Below, one piece after another: positions 26,291 to 38,335 of a stretch of DNA of 64,000 bases (the stretch's first letter is position 1; the number at the start of each line of letters is the position of its first letter). The DNA comes from Octopus sinensis (lineage: Eukaryota): NCBI RefSeq assembly GCF_006345805.1, contig NC_043006.1, forward strand, positions 73,904,001-73,968,000. The letters run 5' to 3'. The notes beneath the pieces are model-generated. The model searched no databases and was not told the origin of the DNA. It was given only the letters and a program-made list of their open reading frames with translations. The position numbers were made by a program, and so were the translations under genes.

Positions 26291-28244
26291 TAGTAAAGAC
26301 ACAAAACATCTTTCAAGGACAATAGTGGTTTACTGGGACGGAATGTTGTGGATTTCTTCCGTATCGATGTACGATAAACTGAAATATGTTTTTTTTTATA
26401 TATGTTTCTGATGCTTCAAGTTGAGGGTTTTTGTCGGAGAGTTAAACTATGGCGAAAGAGAAATAATGAAGAAAGTAAAAAAAGAAGAACCGCCGAAAAA
26501 CTAGTACGTAAAAAATGAATTAAACGAACTCCGAAAAATCAGTTGTAACACCATTTAAAAAACCAGTGACCAAATGAAAGCATCATTAAATAATCAAAGA
26601 ACATTTAGTTGGTGTGATGTGCGTTTGGTAATGTTGTGTACGTGCGTGTGTGTGTGTGTGTGTATGTCTGCGTGCGTGTGAGTGTGTGTGCCTGCATGAG
26701 TTTGCATGTGAATGTGTAGTGTTGTGCTATTACATGTGTGTTGTAACCGGTGAGTAATGGATGCAGGCTGGTTTGTGTAATACGTGTAGTTTTGTTGTGC
26801 TATAAGTTAGCTATTATGTGTATATTTGCGCGCTGTTTGCATTTGCGTGTGTCTACTAAGGATAATATTTTGGCGCTTTCTGTGCGTGTGTGTATGTATG
26901 TGTATGTTTCTGTGTGTGTGTAAGCTTGTGTGGAGTTTGACGGCGTGTGTAATTTGATCAGTTGCACACCATTGTATTTGTGTGTTTAGTTTCTCTAAGA
27001 GTGTGTACGTGTGGAGAAGTATTTCTTCGTCTACATGCGTATGTGTGTGAGTGAGATACAGACGTGTGTGTTTTGCTCATGCGTGTGTAAGTGTGTGTGG
27101 AAGCATGTGTGCTTCGCCTATGCGTTTGTGTAGAGAAAGATCAATGTGTATGCAAGGGCAGCGTGTGTACCGTTGAAACGTGCGTGCCTATGTTACAACA
27201 CACATGTTGCTTCGTATGTGTCTGATTCTGTATGTGTCTTTTATGTAAGTAAGTGCCTGTAACATTGTATATATTCGGGTGTACTGAATACAGCATATGT
27301 TTATTAATGGCGGATGATAGTTTCATGTGTGGATATTTCGTCTGTCTCACTACGGCATAGTTTTAGTAGAATATGGTGCTTCGTGCAGTCTCCAGCGTAG
27401 TGTGTTTCGGAAAATGTTTCTTGCAAATGAGTTGGAGAATTATATCTGTGGGGAAAATTGTTTCCGATTTAGAACCCCCACCATATTGTGCTTCTTATTA
27501 GCACGCAAAGTACGCATTCTATAAATCTCCGCCAAATACCCCAACCCCTGTCTATTTTTCATCTATATTATCCAGACGACCGTCCTTATAAACTTCACTT
27601 TAAAAGCAACTATAAATTCTATTCAACTTGTTATGCTTCTATCGCACCTGGATATTAGCGATTAATATTTCTTATGTTGCTGAACGAATCTCTTGTTGCC
27701 AAATGAAAAATACAAAACGAAACCGAAAATTACTTAGCGAAGTTAATGTATTGTTTCATAAATAGATTATTGCGCCGAAGAGTGGCGAGACATTGAATAT
27801 TGGAATTCATATAATTAAACATTGGTATTTGCTTAATTCTATGTTTCTTTCGAAAAAAGAAATAAGTTTGTTTACTGTTTTCAAATTATATACGTTTAGA
27901 AACTTTTCTGTTTTTTTTCTTCTTATTCATCTGTACACAAGTGTCGTTAATAAACAATAACAATAGCAGCAGCAACAAAACAACAATCACAGTAACAGCA
28001 GCAGCAACAATCACAACAACAACAACAATAATAATGTTAATAATTTCAAATTTCGGCATACGAACAGGAATTTCAGAGGAAGGACTAAGTCGATTTACAT
28101 CAACATCTGCCTTCAACCGGTACTTAATTTCTCGATCCCGATAAGATGAAAGGTGAAGTCGAACTCAGTGGAATTTGAACTCAGAACGTAAAAACGGACG
28201 AAATGCCGCTAAGCAATTTCACCCGTGGGAAAAAGGTCCTGCCA

Positions 28245-28278
<34 letters not shown>

Positions 28279-28469
28279 GTAATCCCTTCTACTATCGACA
28301 CTAGGTCTGAAATTTGTGGGTAGGGAGTAAGTCGATCACATTGACCCCAATACTTGACTGGTACTTAATTTACTGACCCCGAAAGGGTGAAAGGCAAAGT
28401 CGACCTCGACGGAATTTGAACTCAGAACGTAAAGACGGACGAAAAGCCGAAAAGTCACACAAATGTTGA

Positions 28470-30440
28470 CTCAACAGAACTACATGATCTAAAAAATGAA
28501 ATCGTGATTGAATGGGTGAAAATTAAAGAAACCACTATGAATGAATGTGACATTCTCCCAAGAATTCGCATTTCTAACCAAAGTCTGAAAGTAATTGGTA
28601 AAATCCGCCTTACACTTAAAGATATAATTTCACCCAATGATGCTGATATTACAGATCTCAACCACCTGTACTATACATCCACGAAAATCTCAACGATTCT
28701 ATGTGGTGAAAAGATTAAAAAAACGACAACATTCCCACAAAAAGCATGTTTGGCAAAAGCGTATTCAACACCAAATTCAGCAATATATGTCTGACATAGA
28801 ATGTTTAAAAAACCCTAAGTTTGACAAGAGTATCAAACCAACAAAAATCCGAAAATTAAAGAAAAAATATAATATGAAAACATACTTGACATCGATACCA
28901 CTGTAGAAGGCATCAAGCAAAAGGTATGTGCTAAAGCTGCCCACATAGCGAGGTATGAAAAGGGCGTTAGATTATTCAAGGACACAACTTGTTCAAACAT
29001 AACCCCAAAACTTTTTACAGGAAGATAAGGAAAATACCAGTTACTGTAAAGTCTGTCCCATCAAAAGAAGTGCAGGAATTTTGGAAAAAAATTTGGGTAG
29101 AAGAAAAAACACACAAGGAAAAGGCCCCTTGGATTTATAGAATATCTACAGACTTAGACTCCTTAGAAGAGCAAAAGTGGGATGGTATCAAGGTAGAGGA
29201 TGTAAGATCTACTCTCAGGAGCTCAAGCAAATGGAAGTCTCTAGGAAAGGATAAAATTCCTAACTTCTGGTTGAACGCCTTCTCAGAGAACCATGAACTG
29301 CTAACAAAGCTTTACAACAATGTTTTGCAACAACCTAGTATGATTCCCTCTTGGTTAGGTAATAGTGTTACATTCCTACTTCCAAAAAGTGAAGAAACAA
29401 ATGCACCAAAAAGTTATAGACTCATAACCTGCTCAACAACAATGTATAAAATACTAACATCTGTCTTGGCTGAATAGTTTTCTTTAGAAAGTGGCGCATT
29501 CCCTAATGAGCAAAAAGGATGTAAACGTGGGGCCCAGGGTTGTAAATATCAGCTGCTCATCAATAAGTTGATCATGGAGGATTGTCACAAACGACACAAA
29601 AACTTGTCGATAGCCTGGATAGACTATAAAAAACCTTTTGATAGTTTACCACATAGTTGGATTAAGAAATGTATAAAATAGCACCTATTCTGCGAAACTT
29701 CTTGTCTGTAATATGAGATCATGGAGAGTCACACTGACTTTGAACAGTGACAATGAATCCTCCAATGCTGGAGATGTAAGAATTGCATGTGGCATTTTCT
29801 ATCACCACTCGTCTTTAGCCTTGCCTTAATGCCTCTCTCGAAATTGCTCGATGATCTACAATACGGCTATAAAATATTTGTTAAAAATATAAATCATCTC
29901 ATTTACATGGATGATTTAAAGCTCTTTGCAAAAAATGACCAACAACTATAAGGCTTACTAGCGATTGTTAAACAATTCAGTGATGACATTAGGATGCAAT
30001 TTGGCCTCAATAAATGTGCAAAAGCAACCTTTATCAAAAAGAAGCATGACAGGAACATACAACGTTAATCTTGACCTGCAGAATATCATACAGGAGTTAG
30101 AACCAGCGGAGAGGTACAAATACCTAGGCGTATTTTAAGGTGATGGAATCAAGCATTCAGTGATTAGGGAAAGGATCAGAAGAGAATGTTATCGTAGGGT
30201 AAGGGCAATTCTCAAGACAGAGATGAATGTAAGGAACAGGATCGAAGCGATCAATACTTTAACCATGCCAGTCGTGACTTACTGTTTCAATATTATTAAC
30301 TGGTCAATCACTGGAATATGTAATCTTGGCAGAAAAATACGAAAATTGTTGACAATGCATAGAAGGCAGATACAGAACGACTTTACCTGCCAAGAAAAGA
30401 AGGTGGTCGTGTACTTTTACTACTGGAATTAACAATGAAG
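28470..30440 (+). pseudogene. Decayed R4/Dong-clade non-LTR retrotransposon, RT region
   Basis: Translations FKHNPKTFY..QEFWKKIW..KWKSLGKDKIPNFW..YRLITCSTTMYKILTSV, QKGCKRG..QLLINK, AWIDYKKPFDSLPHSWI, INHLIYMDDLKLFAK (YMDD 29904-29915), FGLNKCAK, YKYLG, YRRVRAILKTEMN..IEAINT. Multiple stops and frameshifts. Confidence 0.88.
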
Positions 30441-30687
30441 ATTGCCACAATTAGGCTAAATACCTACCCGAAAAATTCTTATGACTGTCTATGTAATCTC
30501 AAATTTTAAAACAAACTCATAATTTTCTTATGGTTTCTTAAACATTCTATAGAACAATACTATGTGCAAAACTAAATATATAGCACCCTAGGCATAACAC
30601 CAACATGAACGTCTAACTTGTTGTCTCTTGAGGTCTCTGCGTGAGACTTGGGACCAACTTGTACAAATACATAGCAAAAGTCAAACA

Positions 30688-30930
30688 TATGATAATAATA
30701 ATAATAATAACAATAATAATGATGATGATGATGATGATGATGATGATAATGATGGTGATAATAATAATGATGATGATAATAATAATAATGATGATAATAA
30801 TAATAATGATGATGATGATAATAATGATGATGATATTAATAATGATGATAATAATAATAATAATGATGATGATAATAGCAATAATAATAATAACAATACT
30901 AATAATAATAATCCTTTCTTCTATAGGCAC

Positions 30931-30985
<55 letters not shown>
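30688..30985 (+). repeat. (AAT/GAT)n and (GTA)n microsatellites
   Basis: Directly visible. Confidence 0.95.
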
Positions 30986-31312
30986 AAAGCATTTATGATG
31001 TTTGTATGCCTCCTTACATAATGAGATCGACGCGGATGATTTTTTTCTGTTCCTTTAGTTCGAAATGTGGGTGGCAAGAAAATTCCAAACTGTTTGTAGC
31101 TCTAATACTGAGGAAGAAGGAGTGCTTAAAGTATTTAGTGTGGAATTTAGTACAGTGAGATGCGTAGCAGACAATGTTATGTTAAAAAAGAGGAATGATC
31201 AGGAGAAGGCAGTGGGGCATTACGTGAGCGCATGTGGTTTGTAGATTGCTTATTCAGAATTGCAAAGACAGTATTAGTATTAGTAGTGGCAGTAGCAGCA
31301 GCAGCAGTAATA

Positions 31313-31595
31313 GTAGTAAGGAGGATAGCGGTGGTAGTAGAAGTAAGAGTAATGATGATGGTCGTGAAGGTGGTGGTGGTAGAAGTAGTAGTTGTAGCAG
31401 CAGCAACAGCGGAAGCAACTGCTGTAGTAGTAGTAGTGGGAGTAGTAGTAGTAGCAGCAGCAGAGGCAGTAGTAGTAGTAAGGAGGATAGCGGTGGTAGT
31501 AGTTGTAGTAGTAGGAATAATGATGATGGTCGTGAAGGTGGTCGTGGTAGTAGTAGTTGTAACAGCAGCAGTGGAAGAAACTGCAGTATTATTAT
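31313..31595 (+). repeat. 162-bp tandem duplication in GTA/GCA cryptic repeat
   Basis: AGGAGGATAGCGGTGGTAGTAG at 31319 and 31481; GATGATGGTCGTGAAGGTGGT occurs twice. Confidence 0.85.
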
Positions 31596-31808
31596 TATTA
31601 TTATTATTAGTTGTAGTAGTAGTAACGACAGAGGTAATACTTAGTATTTCTGTCGGGGGCCCAATGGCGTTTGCTATCCTATCCGTTATCGTTGCTTATT
31701 TCCTTATCAGCCAAATCGAGCAGACACACATACGAAGGTCCTGTCATTTCGTGCAAGCGTTATCACAGATTACATTATATCTAAATTATCGTTTCTCTTA
31801 CTCTAGAG

Positions 31809-34665
31809 CAGGGGTCTCCAAAGTTTTCCAGCGGAGGGCCACATTGCTGAATTTTTAAAGCTACGGGGGCCAAGGTTCTAAATTATTTATTTTACCAAAA
31901 TAATATAAATAAATAGTGAATTAATAATTAAAAAAGGTTATTTATTCAGTACATAATCACAATGTATATAATATCAGTAACAATTAACATGTTTTTTTAA
32001 ACTTTGATCAATAGGGGAAACATGAAATTGTTTCATTTCTGACAAAATTTTGTCCAACTGAGGTTCAAAATGAGTGGTTCCAATAACAAGCAATGCATTT
32101 AAATGTTCATCAGACAATTGTGATCTGTAGCAGGATTTTGTGTATTTCATCTTTGAAAAAGTCTTCTCACACAAATATGTGGTGCCAAAAACTGAAATGA
32201 ATTCACAGGCAAACCTCCTTAAATGAAGAAATTGGTCGGATGGAAGGCATTTGTTGAATTCAATCAAATTTCCCTCTTTATATTTGTCCTTCAGGATGTC
32301 ATTGGATTGCAAATCAATAACTTCCATTTGTAACTCAGAAGGTAAGTCTCCAATAACAGAGTTAAATGGATTTTCAAAAATTCTTAGTTTTGAAGAACAT
32401 GCATCAAGATCAGAAAAACGTTCTTCAAACTGTTGTTTCAAAGCTAAAATGACATCTTGAGCAAACAAGTTTGGAAATGGAGTGGCAGCTTCCTGTCTAT
32501 ATTTGTCACATCGTGAAAAATGAGTAAAGCAGCTTCTTGTTAACTGACTTTCAAATAGTATTAATTTCTTACGAAAAGATTTCACCTTTGAGTACAAATC
32601 ACAGATGAGTGAAGTTTCACCTTGTATCCGTAGGTTGAAATCATTGAGATGCATAGTTAAATCGGCTGAAAATGCTAATTTCCAGAGCCATTCACTGTCT
32701 TTGAGCAACACCTGTGAATGGTTTTTCTCATTTAAAAATATTTCAATTTCAGTTCGAAGCTCAAAAAATCTAGCCAGAATTTTTCCATAGCTAAGCCATC
32801 TTACTGAAGTATAGTAAGGTAGGTCTGGAAACTCAGCATTCATTTCCTCCAAGAAATCACGAAATTGGCGATGTTTGAGTCCATGAGATCTTATGTAGTT
32901 AACAGTGGAAATCACAGGATCTAATACAGATGATAAATCAAGATGCTTTCCACACAGTGCTTGCTGATGAAGAATACAATGCAATACCAAAGGTTTCAAT
33001 CCACCGGAATTCTCAATTACTTTGTTAATTTGCCCAACTAAGCCCTTTTTGGTTCCACACATATTTCTGCCACCATCTGTTGTTATGCATTTTAGTTTTT
33101 TCCATTCCAAATTATACTCAGCCACTGACTTTTCCACTTCTCTAAAAATATCTATGCCTGTTGTTGTTCCATGCATGCTGTGCACAGATACAAGTTCCTC
33201 AGTAATCTCAAAATTGGCATTTATTCCTCTGATGAACAATAACAATTGGGATGTGTCTGATACATCAATTGACTCATCAAGTGCAACAGAAAAGCATACA
33301 AACTTGCTGGCTTTGTCTTTTAGCTGTGATTTAATATTTCTTTCAATATGTTCAACCCTACGAGCAACAGTGTTCGCAGAAAGACTAATTGCGGAAAATA
33401 AATCTACGTTTTCTGGACACATTTCCTTAGCTACCTCATTCAAGCACTTTTTAATAAGTTCACCATCTGTAAATGGCTTACCTTTCTTCGCCAAAAGGTT
33501 AGCAATATGGAAGCTTGCTCTTGTTGCTCTCTCTTTTTCTACAGCCTTCTTCTTGAAAACAAACTGCATTGATGATAAATTCTTCTTTAATTTGTCAAAT
33601 TTCTCTTTACGTAGCTGTCCAATGAATTGGTAGTACTGTGATGAATGCTTTTTTTCATAATGTCTCCGAACGTTGTACTCTTTAAGTACTGCAATTGTGT
33701 CGGTGCATATAACGCATAGTGCCTTGTTGTTTGACTCTATGACAAAATAGTCTATGTTCCATTGTTCCTTAAAAACTCTACACTCAGAGTCGATTTTTCG
33801 TTTTCTTCCTTGAGCTAACATTTTTACCATGGGTCGACAGATTTTGCTCGACGATATATGTAAAAGGACGAAACAAGTAAAAACAATATTCACACGTCAC
33901 TCGATACGTGCATTCACTTCGGCAGCGACGACGACAAATGACTCACACTTGTGCACAACGAAAACGCCAAGTCTGTGCTGACTGACGGAATGCGCATCGA
34001 ACTTTACTCCACGCTGATTGGCGACTGCACCAGGATTAGAAACCACCACACAACGTCAGGCTCAACCCTCTCTATTCATCGCTCGTGAGATGTAGGTAAC
34101 ATCGATAAATCGATATTTGTCTTCTTTTATTATACTAGGCACGGGACTTTTATTAACGTCATACTTGTCGTATCTGCTCTCTCGACAGTTGATGGAATAG
34201 GTTGACTTTTCTGCGACATCAATAAAGCTAGAAATTGAATCTCTGCTTCATTGTAAGCAGCACCATCCATCTCACTGACAATCGCCTATTATCTAAGATG
34301 AATGATAGGTAGCTCCATAGCGAAGTTAATTCATTTTATGGTGGTTCTGATGGGTCAGTTAAAACGGGGGGAGTGGAAAAGAACCTATATTTACACTAAA
34401 GTTTAGTGTATAAATTTTTAATTCGCCGGCGCAATTTAAAGACATTAATTGATGGCAAATCAATTAGCGTCGTCTTGCGTCTATTTGCTGTACTATATTT
34501 GTCAAACGTATTAAAAGGGGTGTAAAGTATATTTGTTTTTGTATGATTTCGGCAAGGCTTGTTTTTCGACATTTGTTTTATAATTTTGGAGGACAGCTCG
34601 GCGGGCCGGATTAAAAACCTTGGCGGGCCGAATCCGGCCCGCGGGCCGTACTTTGGAGGCCCCTG
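31809..34665 (-). mobile_element. Complete autonomous-type hAT DNA transposon (Buster/Charlie clade, SPIN/OC1-like)
   Basis: TIRs CAGGGGTCTCCAAAGT (31809-31824) and revcomp CAGGGGCCTCCAAAGT (34650-34665), 15/16 identical. Perfect 8-bp TSD CTCTAGAG at 31801-31808 and 34666-34673. GC-rich subterminal GGCCCG(C) repeats at 34600-34649. Single long transposase ORF inside. Confidence 0.97.
31974..33830 (-). CDS. hAT transposase (SPIN/GTF2IRD2-like), about 615-618 aa, intact
   Basis: Open frame 31974-33893; likely ATG starts at 33830 (MVKM) or 33821 (MLAQGRKRKIDSECRVFKEQW). BED finger CVIC...RRHYEKKH; catalytic D (ALDESID), D (TTDGG) and E (YLCEKTFS); CxxH (HCILH); RW (VRWLS); C-terminal hATC-like region (RSQLSDEHL). 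Confidence 0.95.
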   Translation of the reverse strand: MVKMLAQGRKRKIDSECRVFKEQWNIDYFVIESNNKALCVICTDTIAVLKEYNVRRHYEKKHSSQYYQFIGQLRKEKFDKLKKNLSSMQFVFKKKAVEKERATRASFHIANLLAKKGKPFTDGELIKKCLNEVAKEMCPENVDLFSAISLSANTVARRVEHIERNIKSQLKDKASKFVCFSVALDESIDVSDTSQLLLFIRGINANFEITEELVSVHSMHGTTTGIDIFREVEKSVAEYNLEWKKLKCITTDGGRNMCGTKKGLVGQINKVIENSGGLKPLVLHCILHQQALCGKHLDLSSVLDPVISTVNYIRSHGLKHRQFRDFLEEMNAEFPDLPYYTSVRWLSYGKILARFFELRTEIEIFLNEKNHSQVLLKDSEWLWKLAFSADLTMHLNDFNLRIQGETSLICDLYSKVKSFRKKLILFESQLTRSCFTHFSRCDKYRQEAATPFPNLFAQDVILALKQQFEERFSDLDACSSKLRIFENPFNSVIGDLPSELQMEVIDLQSNDILKDKYKEGNLIEFNKCLPSDQFLHLRRFACEFISVFGTTYLCEKTFSKMKYTKSCYRSQLSDEHLNALLVIGTTHFEPQLDKILSEMKQFHVSPIDQSLKKHVNCY

Positions 34666-35471
34666 CTCTAGAGAAATGAAAGACAGTTGTGAATGATTTA
34701 AGAGGGAGGTTCATCTGCTATTTCTTTCAGGTAGATCACCAACGTCGAGGACTTCTCGTAGGTTCGCGAGCCAATGGTTGTAGCGTGTGGGAAATTGAGT
34801 CTTTGCCAAATAACCTTGTTTTTTGAATACAGTCCAACATAATCGTATGTGCAGTTGTACAACTATTGCATACATACATTTAGGTACAACCTCTATGGTG
34901 ATTACAGCGGTATCTAATACGATACTTAATCATTGGGGAGCAGATTTGGCAATGTTAGTTATGAGAAGTAGTTGCTGTTGATTAGATCTCCAACGAATTC
35001 TGATCGGCAGACCTATGATCAAAGGCATTCCAACCGTAGCAATTCATTCTTCTTGTAGGATTTCGTAGGTCTACACTGTCAAATACGTGATTTTATCTAT
35101 TAAGACAAGATCTTAAGAGAAATTTCGCTTGAATTTAATACAGATCCAGCCCTCATATACAGGATCACTTGTTGAGGTATTTATGTGGATGCTATGAAAC
35201 GATACTTAATGTGTTGTTCATACACTGGAAGGACGTAATTCAAGACTGTTTCCTTCGTGTATTGCGGAGAGAGAATAACTGGTCACGTTCCTACTTTTCT
35301 AGAAACACTCTGCTTAAACAAACAGTATATGTATGTTGTGTTGATTCACTTTTGACTGCTTGACTGAGGAGATGCGGAAGGGAGAAAAGTAACATCGTTT
35401 GAATAAGAACATGTGCTGTTTGGTAACACAGCATATATATAGATGTGTGTGTATGCTTTCATATATATATA

Positions 35472-35624
35472 TGGGTGCAGGAGTGGCTGCGTGCTTCCCA
35501 GTCATATCGTTGCGGGTTCAATCCCTTTGCGTGGCACCTTGACCAAGTGTCTTCTACTATAGCCTCGGGTCAACCAAAGACTTGTGAGTAGATTTGGTAG
35601 ACGGAAACTGAAAGAAGCCTGTCG

Positions 35625-35706
<82 letters not shown>

Positions 35707-36073
35707 GGATCTTTCCTTCTCCTATGTTTCCGACGAAGAGCTCCGCTCGAAACTTTAAACTCTCCTTCTTTCCTTCTTTCCTGAGCGTCCAATAATACTA
35801 TACTTTTTCCACGTCCTCGCGTTGTGTTTTTTTGTGCTTTCTTGTTTGGATTAACTATATATATATATATATATATATGTTTGTGCGTTTGTTTTTGTCC
35901 CCCCACCATCGCTTGACAAGCGATGTTGGTGTATTTACGCCCCATAACTTAGCGATTCGGCAAAAGATAGAATATGTACTAGGCTTATAAAGAATAAGTC
36001 CTGGGATTGATCTGTCCGACTAGAGGCGGTGTTCCAGCATGGCCGCAGTCAAATAACTGAAACAAATAAAAGA
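35472..36073 (+). mobile_element. SINE family C with nested insertion in its internal (TA)n
   Basis: SINE halves 35472-35625 and 35880-36073. Unrelated 151-bp segment 35705-35855 flanked by (TA)n on both sides. Confidence 0.85.
35726..35760 (+). ncRNA. Hammerhead-like variant (CCGANGA core)
   Basis: GUUU-CCGACGA-A-GAGC-UCC-GCUC-GAAA-CU-UU/AAAC. A homologue lies at 947-982 (GUUU-CCGAAGA-A-GAGC-CUCU-GCAC-AAAA-CG-UU/AAAC). Confidence 0.45.
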
Positions 36074-36084
36074 ATATGTATATA

Positions 36085-36131
<47 letters not shown>

Positions 36132-36463
36132 ATAACCATCCGAGTTCTATTACAGAGCGTATAGTGAAATACCGCTGCTATAAGTGTGTGAATATATATG
36201 AGGGGAATATGTTGGATAAAATCATAATTAACTGGTCCTCTTGTCAGCATCCCGTCATACATAAGAATATGCTTAAAGGTAGCGAATTGGTAGGATCATT
36301 ATTGTGTCGGCCACAAAGCCTTCTAGTATTTGTTGCAACTGATTGCGTTCTGAGTTCAAACACCATCGAGGTCAAAATTGTGTTTATCATTCAGGATCGA
36401 TAAATAAAGTATAAGTCGAGGTTAGTGGATAGGTGAAAAAATGAAGGAGATACAGTATGCTGC

Positions 36464-36584
36464 CTTGTTTCTTTGAGTCCTGAGACCAATCTCCACCGCA
36501 TATCATGGACCACTTCATTACAGAATCGACATTTTCCAGACTCGGTTAAACGCATCTCAGTTCCATCGATAAGCACGTTGTCTT
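36464..36584 (-). CDS. Candidate host-gene exon (unidentified)
   Basis: Acceptor ACTTTATTCTTTGTAG; open frame (E)DNVLIDGTEMRLTESGKCRFCNEVVHDMRWRLVSGLKET; donor uncertain (AAG|GC at 36464 or ACT|GT at 36454). Confidence 0.3.
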
Positions 36585-37473
36585 CTACAAAGAATAAAGT
36601 CTAGGATAAAATAGGACAGAATTTATTTTAGATTAAAGTGACAACATCACAAATACATTGCTAAATGTGTAAACGATGACTAGATTTCGAATTTGCAACC
36701 AAGTAATACCAGCATTGATGCAATGATGTTACAACTTCACACACAAATACACTGGACAGCAATCGCACAGAAGACTGCGTGATAAGACATAAACCAAACT
36801 TGAGGAATATAGCAAAAATTGAGCACGTAATAAAACAGTCAGCAATGCAAATGACGATTCTAAATCTGTAAGTTAGACAGATCTTGTAGGCGTTTAATTT
36901 AGCGAAAATTTTCCTTTATATTAGACACGGTCGAATGCATTTTATGTATCATAAACAAGAAGGCCGTGAATTCTTTGATACGTGATGTTTCTGGAAACTA
37001 CAGAAACCGAACAGCTGTTGATTAGATGCGAAGAATGACTTACGATAAAGCATGCCGTCTTCTGCTATGCAGGTTTTAATGATTTCGTGTTGCTGAAAGG
37101 GACAGCCTTAGGTTAGTATTCAGCATTATTTTTGTTACTTTTTTTTTCTCTGCATGTCAAAATCTATTCAGTTATCTGGAGGCGTGTTTAGAATATACTA
37201 TGTCAACAAAGAGAAGCAGGCCGAAGAATATGTTCATAGTTAACCTTTACCTTCAAAAAATGAAATTCTGAAAAGATATGTGACAAAATTCTTAATGTTT
37301 TGAAATTATCTTCCCCGGTCTTTTAGCCTTGCATCAGCTTTTGGTATATCTTCGCTTATAATTTTGATTTTTTGAATTCTGTACAAAGTTCCACCGTTGA
37401 CGCGTAGATAAAAAAGCAAGCAAAACTAATGAATGAAAGTATGTATGTATGTATGTATGTATGTGATGTAGGT

Positions 37474-37521
<48 letters not shown>

Positions 37522-38049
37522 TTATATATATATATATATAATACACACACTCATGCATTGGGTTATATTTGTTCTGTTTTCAATCAAACCTGAACATGTA
37601 GATATATACACAAAATGCGTGCGACTAGTCTGTGTATATGTATATAAATATGTGTGTGTGTTTGTGTATGCGTGTTTGTGTTTATATGTAAATGCAAATA
37701 TTCACACACACACACATGCTTATACATACATACATACATACATACATGTTTCTGCTAAACATATGACCCTGTTCGATCTTTGTATTTCTAAATCTATTTT
37801 TTCGAATTTCCTAAGTTTGTTTTTGCAGTTAGCTTTGACCACTAAACTTCCTAAAACTACATTCAACTTCCCCAGACCCTCACGGAGTTTACTGCCAAAG
37901 GATTTGTGAAGCATTAGGGTTCCAGGTTACAAGTCACGTGTTAATTTGTTTTGTTGTGTTCAAATATTTTAATGCTAATTCGTGTGTGTGCGTGTGTGTT
38001 CGCCCAGGAGCGCTTCGTGCTCTTCTCAGAGAGAATTTTAGCATCCGCC

Positions 38050-38335
38050 GTATATTTATTAATACGTTTCAACTAAATCCATGCAATCTCGTTTTTCGAA
38101 TTCTTTAACACGAGTGGGCAATCCACAGCTGTCAATCTGATGTAAGATCTTCCTATGTGGTAGTACCGACATTGATCCTTTTAAGAGAGATTTTAACATT
38201 GTCTTTGAAACATTAGCGTGGCTTGCACTGGAGATATTTTCCTTGCTTCAGCTCACCATACAACACCTGTTTTCGAATCCGGGTGTCCTCTAAACGGAGA
38301 ATATCAGACCATCTAAGTTGATCATTCATAATCGT
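38050..38335 (-). pseudogene. RTE-clade LINE 3' fragment
   Basis: Minus translation QLRWSD..RLEDTRIRKQVLYGELKQGK and, after a frameshift, RFKDNVK.SLK, typical post-RT RTE motifs. Confidence 0.75.

Noticed and set aside
32251-33633. Plus-strand ORFs 32251-32460, 32605-32790 and 33022-33633
   Set aside because: Antisense shadows of the transposase frame.
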